DNA of 64,000 nucleotides from Lingula anatina. Lineage: Eukaryota > Animalia > Brachiopoda. Made by a program: the position numbers and the translations under genes. Under the pieces are notes generated by a model, which saw only the letters and a program-made list of their open reading frames with translations, searched no databases and had not been told where the DNA came from. Shown in pieces: positions 41,111-53,600 of the stretch. Each line of letters opens with the position of its first letter. Position 1 is the stretch's first letter. The stretch covers positions 8,432,001 through 8,496,000 of the forward strand of contig CM120640.1 in NCBI GenBank assembly GCA_051362555.1, read 5' to 3'.

Positions 41111-41658
41111 CTGAGTGCATGGTGTTTACAGAAGTCTCATGATAATTTTTCATGCAACCCAAAGGAAATTAATGGTAAAATTATGGGGAGATCAAATAAT
41201 CTTTTAAAGTTTTTGTTTTTGGGAAAATTATTGGTTTGGACAAATAAATCGATAAAGAAAATTGACAGGCATTTACCATGTGTCTGATGGTAAGGCTCAA
41301 ACTGTTTGGTTGAAAGGGTTTATTTATTACAAGGCTTTAAGCCCATATAATTTTGGTCCCTAATCATTTAAAAAGGCACTGCCAAATTATTGAAGTTATG
41401 TTTTTACTCTTTCCATTATTGCCCAATATGATCTTTATGTTATTTACTTATCAAAAGCAGCGTATCCAAATGTTTTATTGCTATCAAGGTGAAAAAATCT
41501 ATTGAAATATTTCAACCCTTGTGAAGAACAACTGAGAACTGATTTTAATTCCAACTATTACAAAGCCACTTGTAACAAAAATCCTACCAACTGAGTGGCG
41601 TTTACAGAAGTCTCATGATCATTTATCATGCAACCCAAAGGAAATTAACGGTAAAATT
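41111..41658. repeat. Pair of ~70-bp direct repeats (41111-41182 and 41591-41658)
   Basis: GTTTACAGAAGTCTCATGAT...TCATGCAACCCAAAGGAAATTAAYGGTAAAATT occurs twice, 480 bp apart. Confidence 0.8.
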
Positions 41659-42011
41659 GTTTGATTTTTTTTCTCAAGTGTCTTTGTGAAGACTCCTTAT
41701 AGCTAACAAACCTTGCAGCTGTATTCAATAAAACATCCAAAGCATAAATCGAACAAATTGTACAACTTTGTATGAAGTCACTGTAGACCACTAAAAGTAA
41801 GTATACACATCCATTCACAATAGCACGCATTAATATTTGTATAAAACCTTTACTCCAGTAACATAGGTCTCTAACCATGGCAATGAATATAAACTTGAGA
41901 TAAACCTTCTGAGATAAACCTTCAAGTAAACCTATCTTATAATTTGCCATTTCTTTGAAAATAATCTGTTTTTTAAAGCTGGCTCCTGTAATCATAATAA
42001 AAATAACTTAC

Positions 42012-42285
42012 CTGTCTTTTTCCAGTGACAAATCGTATTTTGGTTTTGTGTGGAATATCCAGACTATCTGTCGTCTTTCGCTCACAAGAATTCCCTGAAG
42101 TGGTGACCATTGCCTTGCTCTTGCTGCTTGACCGACCAACAACCACACTTGTGGACTGGTGCATGTTGCCCGTTGTCTCCACAGTTCTCTCACTGCCATG
42201 ACTGTGGGTTGTCACCTTGGAGCTGGTGAACGACTTCTTAAAACTACTACGCTGACTCTCCTCTTTACGAGCTGTATATGTAAAC
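42012..42285 (-). CDS. Candidate PDE4 5' exon (S/T-rich frame FTYTARKEESQRSSFKKSF...FVTGKRQ, or ATG-42199 frame MAVRELW...SLEKDR)
   Basis: Acceptor TTTTCTTCAG| before 42285 and consensus donor CAG|GTAAGT after 42012. GC/CpG enriched, with two overlapping open frames. Confidence 0.55.
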
Positions 42286-43895
42286 CTGAAGAAAAACAAT
42301 GTGTTCAAAACTTAGCTGATCTATTATCATTTTTAAAGTGTTAATTCTTCACTCATGTGTGGTAACTGAAAATAAACCACTTTCTCGAAGATGATATGAA
42401 AACCATAGAACTTTTCAATAAAGAGAGATGAAGATAGTTTTTTGGAAAAGCAACTTATATCTAAGGTTTGATTATAGTAAATGATCTTTAAAATAACAGT
42501 AACAGTTACTGTAATAAGCAATCTTCCCACACAGTTTCATGTATATGAATGTCATATAATTACAATAGACTTATAAGTTAAAGAAATCCATAAGATGTCC
42601 CCAAATAAAAGCAAATCAATGCTACAAGTACCCACCTGAACATATTTGAAAAAAGTAACTGTGTAAAAAAAGTGCTGCCAGAGAAATGTTCCTAGCCTTC
42701 TCCAAATGCTGATATGGTGTGGAAATATACAAGTATCTTTTGAAAAAGACAAATACCACCCAGAGGTATAATTGTAAATGTAACAGTGAAATATACTGGT
42801 AAGGAAGAAAACGGCACTTAATCTCACCATGAGCCCATTTTGGAGTAATCCTATTCACATCATCATTTGGTGCTGTAAAATGCTTGTTATCCTCCCTATT
42901 GTTTTTCCATCACTCCAGATTAGACTGGAATTGCAATGAGAAGAAGTTCACCCAGTTTGCATCAATAAAAAAATACTATATTGTCAGTACAATGGGTAGG
43001 CAAAAGAGGTATATCTTTTAAGTATCATTCTTCTTTTTTTTTTATTTACAAAATGTGTCCAAGTTTTAAAATGCAGCCACCTGTAAGCATTAAGTACAGG
43101 ATTTGTGTAATCTATGAGCAGAGCTCTGATCTTTGCCACTGCAGTGGTCTATATCATAATCATCACCTCTAAAACGCAAGTAAATCACAACACATATTTC
43201 CCAAATGCAATTCAGAAGTACCTTTTTTGAATGAAATATCCACAGTAAAGGGAGACAAAACCAGACAGTCTTGTAATAAATCTTCATCCCTTTTTTAGCA
43301 TTATTCCCTGTTATACCACAGATCCATATATGGTTGTCCAACAAAGTGTGCATTATATCAATGGCTTTTTGATTGTGTCAATTTCTCTTAGCTTGTCATA
43401 TTATGACGCACTGAGCCTTCAGGTAATAATTTATCACAATAATAATCACTTGTTTTGTTTTCAATCACTTGTGATTTTGTCATTTTTATGTTGGTCTTGG
43501 TATGTGTGCACAGTATGAGCCACAACAAGTCTGCAAAAAACACAAGTTATAATGATACAAACTACCAGCACATTAATCATATCAATCATATTTTCTTCAA
43601 ATGGGATAGTTAAGGGTAAAGGAAAGAAAATCATTTCCCTAACAGCCCAGTATGTTCAGATGATTGAGATATATCTACTACAGCACTAGCTGCGCTATAA
43701 ATTACTACAGCCATCTACTGGTACCTAAATGTACATGTTTCTCAGTCTAAATAAAGTCTTCCCAATACTCTTTAACTACAGTCTTCTGGGTCTCTCTCTC
43801 TCTCTCTTCCCCCCCCCCCCCCCCCTCCCTCCTCCTTGCCCAGCTTGTGATTTTTTTCTTTGGCAAAAATAAAAACACAATAAAACAGTGCTTAC

Positions 43896-43983
43896 CATGA
43901 GATGAACACCTATGGAAGTTCTCTATCTTATTGAAGTTATCATCAGTCCTGCCAAGAAAACAGGCAAATAGACACCTTTCCAT
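43896..43983 (-). CDS. Candidate upstream first exon (MERCLFACFLGRTDDNFNKIENFHRCSSH), phase 1
   Basis: ATG at 43983, donor TG|GTAAGC after 43896. Phase 1 is compatible with the acceptor at 23524. Confidence 0.3.
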
Positions 43984-44899
43984 GCACAAACACAAACAAC
44001 TCAGTGGAATTTGCTTTCAGAGCTCACCTTTCTCTTACCAGTACAACTATCTGCAACAAGTTTGGCTCAGCATATGTATCCGGCCTACCTATATGTACAG
44101 CTGTAAATGTCAGCATGCTTGCACCAAACATCAGGGTGTGTGTAATTTCACTATTTGTTCATGAATCAAAAACTTCAAGATTAAAATCTATCATCTCCCA
44201 TTTCTTTGTGGCCATTGTGGATCGAGAGAGGGCTTTCATATCAGTTTTCCTTCATTATGCAGACAAAATTAAGTGATTTGTCCTGTGTCCACATCCAGCT
44301 CTTTATCTCTTCACTGGGAACATGTAATCTCAGACCTTTAAAATAACCAAATTGTGAATTCATCCCATCATTGTGCATACTATGACATTTCCTCTAAATA
44401 TTGCCACTAAGACTGATAATACAGTTCTGCTCAAACCAGCAGAACAATCATTACCACAGATTCTGCAGAGCTCAATGTATGGCCACTTCTTGATCTTCCT
44501 ATGCCAACTGGACCTCATCTCTCGTGAATTCCGCTCTTCATTAAGCTCAAGTGAGCCAAGCAATTTTCTACAAGTTGAGAACTTTGTAGTCACCAAACAT
44601 GGACAATCAAATGACTAATGATTAAAAATAACAGAAATAACAGAATACTAGTAAGAGAAGAGTCCACACAGCGATATTTCCTTTGATTCATGTGCATGTA
44701 TCTAAAATTAAAGGTATCCCATCCGTGACCAGGAATTCCTCGCCAAATCAAATATTCCTGGATAAAAAAGCAATTTTCTCCTACTCGTAAATCATATACT
44801 GCTGGACCATCCCTGCAGTTGCATTCAATGTATCATTCCATTTCTGATAAAATAATTCAATTCTAAACAACTGGCCAGTGAATTAGACCATGACTTAAT

Positions 44900-45002
44900 T
44901 GTCTTCCTGTACATTTCAGAAGGAAATATCGACATCACATACTTTTATTTAATAATATGTCTTCCTGTACATTTCAGAAGGAAATATCGACAGCATATAC
45001 TT
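44900..45002. repeat. Tandem duplication, ~58-bp period
   Basis: TGTCTTCCTGTACATTTCAGAAGGAAATATCGACA occurs twice. Confidence 0.85.
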
Positions 45003-46266
45003 ACATTTTTAACGTCTGCATTGGGAAAGATAAGCAGCTCTACAGGATATGTAAACATAAAAAATAAAACTTTGGGACATTTTCAAATGCAGACACTAGT
45101 AGTATTTGATTAAAATCAGAGAGAAGTATGCAGTCTGATGCACCTGGAAATATCTATGAGACATTCTATCATTTTTCATTGTGAATGATAGAAGCTAGTA
45201 AATCATTACTATACACAACCTCAATTGCTGTGCAGCTGAGAGAAAATGCATGGAATGCATGTTCCCATTCATTTAACAAAAGTCAATAGTCATTTAAAGC
45301 ACTAGAAATTGATTTTGAGCCCAAGAAAATTTGTTAAGTATTTTTTCATGTACATATTCCCTTTATGGTTCCTATAATAACATAAAACATTCACCATCTC
45401 ATGACTAAGTCTTATGAAAAAAGCATACACTGTACATAATACCACCGATTTCTGGCAGTGAACAGTTAGCTGGTGATTGAAGCATCTTTTACAGTAAATG
45501 GAATGCAATTAAATAATTAAATAAAAAAAGGAATTTCATGTCATTAAAATCAGTACAAAAATCATTCTCGAACACTGTTAGAATTAAAATAGTATTTCTG
45601 AATTGCACCCTTATTGCTTGCTTTCATCAAAGTACTGTCTTTATCCAAATTTAAAGTCTTTTAATTTAAATAATAATTCATTATAATATATAACAGGCTT
45701 TACCTTTTCCACGTTGGTCCTTTTTCTGCTGCATTTGTATCTTCAACAATCCCATCAAATATAGTCAATTCAGATTGAGAAATAAATGTTTCTCATATTT
45801 ATTTTCCCTTTCAATTTCTTGCCACTACATGTTGGTCTGAAAACTCACTAACAATTTTTTAAATAATGATACTCCGTTTGGTATGCACGCTAAGATCAAA
45901 TATTGACTTTGCAGCAGCGCACTAATGCGTAACCCTCAGAATATATTGAATAACACAAGTATTGATCAAGTGCATCCCAACTACAAGCCTGAAATTGATT
46001 TCTAAACTTCACGTATTCTCCCTAATTAATGACCCTCTAAGACAGGTTGCATTGTCTGATCCCAGAAACGATGTATCTGGATCTATCTGGACCTTTCCAA
46101 GTGCCAAATGAAAAAAAAAAAAGAAAAAAGTCCACATTGAATTGCAGTACATGCAGTAGCTGAGACACAGATCACAATCTAATAGCTCCTACCATTAGCA
46201 CAACTAAAACATTTCTGATTAGCAGAGTAAGAAAGTAATACAGCCCATGCTGTATCAAAGACATTT

Positions 46267-46491
46267 ACCCCATTTCCATAGATTTTTAGATCGATCTATC
46301 CCTGTGGGGAGTCTCACTAGATTACTGTCAGCTTGGCCGGCCTAAGCATCTGTCCTGCCTACTAAAAGCTGTAAGGGGGTAATTAACTATGGTGCCCGCT
46401 CAGCTGACTGCAATTTAGCGTGAACCCCCAGGGAGTTAGGTCGATCTAAATCTTAATCTTTAGATCGATCTAAATCTCTGGGAAAGCACCC
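46267..46491. mobile_element. Interspersed repeat family C (225 bp), copy 2
   Basis: Same length, orientation and boundaries as 4566-4790. Confidence 0.85.
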
Positions 46492-48624
46492 ATAGGGACA
46501 ATTTTTTCTTTTTATATATATGTATCCTACTACCTCCTACTAGTTTCAACCACATTAGTTATTATTCGCAGGAAGCAAGGGTGCCAATTCATTTTCTTGT
46601 TCTAACATTCAGCAGGACAACTGCTTTAGATCCCATACATATTGAAAAATTTAACATTTTCTCAAAAAACGAAATGCTAGTACACTGAAATTGCTTTTGA
46701 ATTGTACATGTAAGTAATAATAATTTTGAAGTGCCTGTTAAAGATGACAGGTGTGATATAAAAGCACAACGGCATATGTATAACTCAGTTTGCATTGCAT
46801 ATTCCAAGACTGTTCAAAAAGTTAATAATTAAATTAAATATGATTAAAAATGATAATTTTAATATGATTAAAAATAGTTATGTGGCCTTATAAATTCTTT
46901 GTGAAATGCAACATGGTTGGTTCAGCCAACAAACTGGCTAAAGACTTTTTTTGAAACAGGTCCCACAGATCATTACTCCGGGTCCATCTCTCATCAATTA
47001 CCTTTTTAAACACTTTACCATCATTTATCTTTTCATATGATCTGGAAATTCCTGTTTTTAAGCGTTCAAATTTGCACATTTCTTTCATATAATGCTAGAT
47101 ATTTGCTCGTATTCTCTTTATTTAAATGTAAGTGCACTGTCCCCACGCCAATCAACATGGAATACACATTCTTCTTAACAAAAGAAAGGAGCAGGAAAAT
47201 AAAAATTAAAAAATTATCAGCAATATCAGTAAAAATAATGGATATAAGTCATATCACAATGGTTCAAGAAATACTTCATAAGGTATAAGAAAAAAGTGAA
47301 GCTATATAATAAAATGTGTGGTACATATATGCCACATTTCTGTATTCTTATAACAGACAATTTTCTTAATTCCATGCTGCAGTTTATTAAACATAATTCT
47401 GTACTTTAAGGATTTACATCCACAAGGAACTATGTGACATTATAACTTAAAAGTTTAAAAGCCCATCTGGCTGTAGGAAGTGGTATGAAGGAGGATTCAT
47501 TGCTCGCTTGGTTTCTTCGGAGACCAATGGATGAAATGTCCTTTCTTCTTTCCTCTTTGGTTTATACTATCTGTTTTTTACCTAGGAAAAAATTAATCTA
47601 AACCAATATGCACCAACAGATCTGTTTATAATCAATAGAAGGTCCACAGGCCCAGTATTAAGTAAAAAAAAAAAACCTTGAGGGCCATAAATTTATGCTT
47701 TATATGATTAATACTGTCCCACTTTTAAAAACAATTCTGGGAAACATGCTCCCATCTTCTAGGAAATGGGGGGGGGGAGGGACTTTATAAAGAGATCAAC
47801 ACAAAAACATTAAATTACCTTTAAAATAAAGTTACAAATTGTTATTTTAACATGCAAAACATTTCAGGGAAGAATGCCACTCAACCCCCGTTCTTAACAA
47901 ATGAAAATTGTCCATTGCATTTCCTTTATGGCATAAGTAAGTAAATAAACATTTTAAAAAGTACCATCATTCTGCTGAAAACATGTTAATGTAGACATTT
48001 TTAGGAGATGAGGAGGAGAGGGAGAATTGTAATTTTGGCATGCCCATCCTTGCTATCCTGGGCCAAGAAACATCCTTCAGTTATATTTCTTACAAGTTAT
48101 AAAAAATTTTTAATGTTACAAGTCATATAAATTTTTTAATGTTAAATTTGTCACATTTCATTCTCAAATTTCAACCCAATAAATAAATATATAATACAGA
48201 CAACCTAGGGATTATCAAGGATACGAACATGTAAGAGAATCCTTCAAAATATTAAAATAATTGTTCAACTGCATGACAGAAGAGGTGACGTTCACACTGC
48301 AAGCACTATAAAAAACATCCAAGTTTTTTCATTGCAATTATTTTATTTTGCAATTTGTGTGTTTTCACAAGTGTATGACAGAAAGAAATAATTTAGGAAA
48401 GAAATATTCACATTTAAACTTCCTATTCAAAATAATGCACCCTAATATAAATTACCTCTATTTCTACGAGCAAAGGGAGAACAAAACCATCTTAGCATGT
48501 AAATATTGCAGCTGAATGATGATAATATATGTGTATGGCACGTATAGCTATATGGCATACATTTCACACTGGTTAGTTATCTAACTTGCTGAAGGCAATG
48601 AATTACAGAGCAAATAAATCGCCA

Positions 48625-48626
<2 letters not shown>

Positions 48627-48668
<42 letters not shown>
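48627..48668. repeat. (GT)n microsatellite
   Basis: Read directly from the sequence. Confidence 0.95.
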
Positions 48669-48669
<1 letters not shown>

Positions 48670-50665
48670 AGCCAATAATTACATGCTTTAGCATGCAGAA
48701 GCAAAGGCAAAGATAAGTGGGGTTCACATTTAGGACAGAACAGAAGGATTTCATGTCACATTAAAACATTTTCACCTAATTCTATATAAAGTAAAGCAAC
48801 AGAATAATTAGAATGATATTCAATTACCTAAATATTCTGCCTTATTAAAAAACAAACATAAATCTTAACCTTCAAGAATTTTAACTTTATCTATTCAACT
48901 GATATGTGGTAGAAAGTTGTTGCAGAGATTAAAAAAAAAACTGGATGCAAACAAACCCAACCAGTTAGTAATGAAGGTTCATTTCACATGTTAAAGCCTG
49001 AACTGAGCAGACACATATCAGTGTACATAAGCATTTATAATATCAGTATGTGCCCCATTTCCTCTAAATGAATATAGCGATTGAAAAAAATAATCTTATT
49101 ACATCAACTATTTGCCCTAAATGCCTGATCAGTTCAGAAAGTTAGTTATGTTCAAAACCCACAACTGCATGTGCACTATTTATCCTCTAAATGCACATAT
49201 TAAGAGTAAAACCTCAATCAAACAACCGTCTTTTTCACATCTACCATTTGCCCTAAATGTCATTAGTTCACACAGTATATATCCAGATCCCCGCATGTGC
49301 ACCACCAACAGACCAACAAAATCCTCTTATTTCTTCTTACCTGGAAAGAATAAAATAAGCCAATCCAAAACAGATAAAGAAATTTGAAGCATACTGAAGT
49401 TATCTAAATGGAACCCAAATACCAAAGAAACAAAAGCAAATCCCACAACAGTTTGAATAACAGAATATTGTTATATGTGGGTGGTGAGAAACATAAAGCT
49501 GAGTGAGGTGGGTATAGGACATCATCAACAAAGGATAACTGCTGCCCTCTGTTGAAGTAAAAAAGGGTCAAATCATGATGATGACACCATCCTAAAATAC
49601 TGTCACGTAACATTCAAAACAGTTTTATAATCATATATATTTTGTCATACTTAAATAATATACTATAAATTTCTTTAAAATTGTAGATCATATCGATCAC
49701 TAATCACCAGCACCTTAAATTGCATGAATGTTAGCTTTTAAGCTCTTAAGCAGCAAGTGTGCAAAATCATACAACACTGAACCATGAAGTTAGCTTGCAG
49801 TTGCTCCAAAAACAATTATATAATTATTTCCTATCTTTTTCTACTTCACTCAGAAGAGATGGAGCAATTGCACAATGTCTCGTGTCTGTTTTGAAATCAT
49901 CAGAACCATATGCAGTAAATCATTTTAGAAGCACAAAAGCATGACACAAAGATAACTGGAAGACCTGATATGTGATCTTCAAATCATCTAACAAGCAGGC
50001 TATATAGCCCTATTTAAAAGCAAAATCAATATAAAAGTTACCTCTATTTCTATCATATCCTTGAATCTTTTAAATCACAACAAAATAAGAATAAATGACA
50101 CTTTGTATAATTACATACATATCAATATATTGATTCACAACATTTTGCAGATCTTCAACCAAAAACCATGCCTGCTTTTTCAATGTTTCTTGTATTGTTA
50201 GATCGTGTCAAGCAAAAGCTCGATTTGTGCATGAAAATGATAATGAAACACTGAAATAATAATGACATTAAAATTAACATATGTGGTATTACAAACAAAC
50301 CACAGAAACACTCCCTAAAGACCAGTTTATGCTCTGATTATAATACAGTTTGCTAATAAATACAAAAATATGTTTATCACATGCTCACATATATTCCCCA
50401 GGCTCTACTTACATGCAGTTAAGTTGGTGCAGAATGTAGCCAGTACAAAAATAGAATCTTTATAATAAATAAGATACACAAAATATTCCCAATAGCAAGT
50501 TTGCATGCATCCAATAAATATCCATGTGGCCTTACTCCAAAAGGAAATTAAACATGAGATGGTTGAAACTAAGAATTTTTCGCAGTTGGCATAACACCCG
50601 ACAGACTGTCAAACAGGTGCATAGTAAAATCCATTTTAAACTACAGGAGCTTGAAGAGAATATCA

Positions 50666-53600
50666 CTACACATTTTCAGCGTTAGTTATTGGGTTATTCT
50701 GCTGCATGCCATGCACATTGGTACGTGGGGAGATTGGTATACTGCTGGTATTGTATTGCTCTTGACTTTGCTCATTACCTTCTGAGGTAGATACTGTTTC
50801 AGTCTTCTTCTTCTTTTCTCTAAATGTGATGTATGTGTAGAAAACACTTCCTGCACAGCTGGAAACAGGAATTTAATGTCATCATAATCATCAAATTTAA
50901 CCCCATTTGCATTTTAATGTAAGAAGTCCAAAAAGTGGCTACAAAAATCACCAGTCAAATACAACGTACTATTTTTCGCATGGTTTAAGAAATATAAACT
51001 CCCATTTTTATTATTTATTACTCGCAAGCATTCTTTTTTAGTCATATGCAATTAATATATAAATGCTGAATCTTATTTTTTTGATAAAATGTTAAGCACA
51101 AAAACAACCTCTGGTCCAGGATTAAGATATTAGTAGAAGTGGATACAAATTAGGCATTTTATCAAAGAATCAGTTTTTATTGTAGATTGAAACACAAGCC
51201 CCACTACCAACCTTATATTTAATCCAGTGAAGTTTGTTATACTAAAGATATAGTCTCCTCCTATTATCATCCCCAAGTAGGTCACCAATAAATTCTGGAA
51301 TACAACATTAATACAGTTTCATCTACACAGTCCCAAATCCATGTTTTGACATTACACACTACATGTGATAAAATCAGATTTATGGATTTTAATATTGGAT
51401 TAAAGTCATAAAAAATCATAGATGTCAAGCAGTACTTTCTGATATGCATAAGCACACACATTCAAAGCCTATGCCTTGTCATACTACGAAATATTTTATG
51501 AAAGATATGGTGACAGATATTTGAAAGCAACATATTAATGCATTTTTCATGGATATGTTAACAGAAGCCCACTCACCTTTAAAACCCCAACAATGGTTGT
51601 TGTTAAAGCAGAATTATAATGTGTGCACATTACAACAGAATACATAAGGACAAAGCCCATCAAACAGGACAAGGTGAACTGTAACAGGAACCAGGCATTT
51701 CCCCATCCCTCAAAGTTTGTTGCCTGCAAAAATAATGTACAGATCCATATCAGAACACTATTATCAGAATGTTTTGTTAAAATATTACCTGCCATTTAAA
51801 ACTGAGAAAAATTCAATGGTTCCTAGTCACTATGGTTCCTAGTCACCAAATTTATTCAAAATGTACCTGAAGTCTCATTTACTCAAGTAACTACATCTTA
51901 ATCAGAGCTTTAAATACAATGCACAGAGCTTTAAATACAATGCACTATGAATTATCTTTCCATCTCATTTATATGCATCACAATGTCGATGCATCCATTA
52001 CCTTTTGTATATCTCCTGTATAGGCACAAATTAAAGTTGCTGGTAACAGCATAAATAATGCATTGTAGTATAATATACCATACTGGCCCAATTCCTGCAA
52101 TATAAGTATTCCCATGAAATACTTAGGGGCATACAAAATAACAATGGTAATAAAAATAATAAAATTTTAAAACATTAATAAAAATAGAATTATTATCAAA
52201 CAATTCCAAGTCCATTGTCCTTTAAAAAAAAGCAGGAATCAGAGTTTAAATAGCAATAACCTGCCTTTGCTATAAGGCAACACTTTAAGAGACACAAATT
52301 TGTCAACTTTATCAATCTTATTTATGACAATAACCTTCATCACTCACTTTTGACTCAAGCTTTTTTTTTGTTGTTACCCCATTCCCAGCCGTGGTTATGT
52401 CATTCAGCAGAAGAAAGGTATAACCCCAGAAGTTGAAGGCAAGATCACCACTGCAAAAGAAAATGAAACCACATAAAAAGTGTGATAAATAAACAACAGT
52501 TTAAATGTGCTATTTATTTATGCATAATCTTCTTTTTTTACTTATGTGTGAGTGTTTGTGTATGCTGCTGTGCCTGCATGCCCTTGTAGGTACAAAGAAC
52601 TGCTGTACTGTGAGAATAAGGGTTTGTTTTTTTGTTTTTTTTGGTGTAAAAAAAGGCAGATATCTAAGCATTTTAGGAAACTTCAACTGTCACAGCATGT
52701 ATTGACTGTGAATGGAAACCCTTCTGAATAAACTTTTAATTACAATTACAATAACCAGTTTCTATTAATTTTACAAACATGCAATTTTCCAGTGAAGCAC
52801 ACTGTGATGTAAAGTAAAATATGTACACATACCTTGCTGCCACGATTGCACCAAATATCATACAGAATACTGAGAATTGCACCTTATAAGAGGCTTTCAC
52901 CCTGCAGATGATAAAACATAGGCAATATGTGCACAAGAAGTAAACTGAAGGTGTCTTAACTGTCAGCTTAAAGCACTGTAGTTCAAGTTAAACAGAGCAT
53001 CCCTGATGCAATACACCATTTAAAAATTATTCTGTTAAAATTTCATCTCTGACTAATATCCATTATCTTTCATTAATTTATTAGAATTCTAAATGTGGAA
53101 TAAAAGCCTGCAGGTTGATTCTAAAATACACATAAATTAATAAGGCTTGTACACTCCAGCATAGTAGATTTAAAATAAATGCTAAATACACCTATTTTTG
53201 GTGAAAGTAAGTGTTAACTATTTAAATAATTTTGCCAAATTTCAGATTTGGCCCAATAATTTTAAGGTGTCAACAATCTATCATTTAAGTATAAGCCTCA
53301 ATTATATTCTAGTTTCTTTTGCATGTGTGTAGCAGACTGACTAAAACTCACCCTAGGATATAGTACTCTAATATCATTGTCATTAATATGGAAAATCTCC
53401 TCAGCACTGTAAACATAGGCAAGCTGCAACAACATTTCAATGTACTTGAATAATCAGATTATTCAAATATCAAATAAGCAAATGAGAATATGTAACCCTG
53501 TATAAACAGCAGGGGCTACTCAATCTTTTATAATTTTATTTTTACAAACAGCTGTTCCTAAATTAACATGAACATTTATTGTGGTTAATGGCTACATTCT

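Noticed and set aside
44360-44596. ORF containing MRSSWHRKIKKWPYIELCRIC with a possible TG|GTAATG donor
   Set aside because: Phase 1, modest donor and no homology. Cannot be distinguished from chance, though it could be another 5' exon.
45704-45836. Exon-like segment with AG and AG|GTAAAG boundaries
   Set aside because: Stops in all three frames; at most a UTR exon or a 17-codon start, unsupported.
51819-51945. Two short perfect tandem duplications (16 and 21 bp) in an SLC35D intron
   Set aside because: Ordinary slippage-type duplications.
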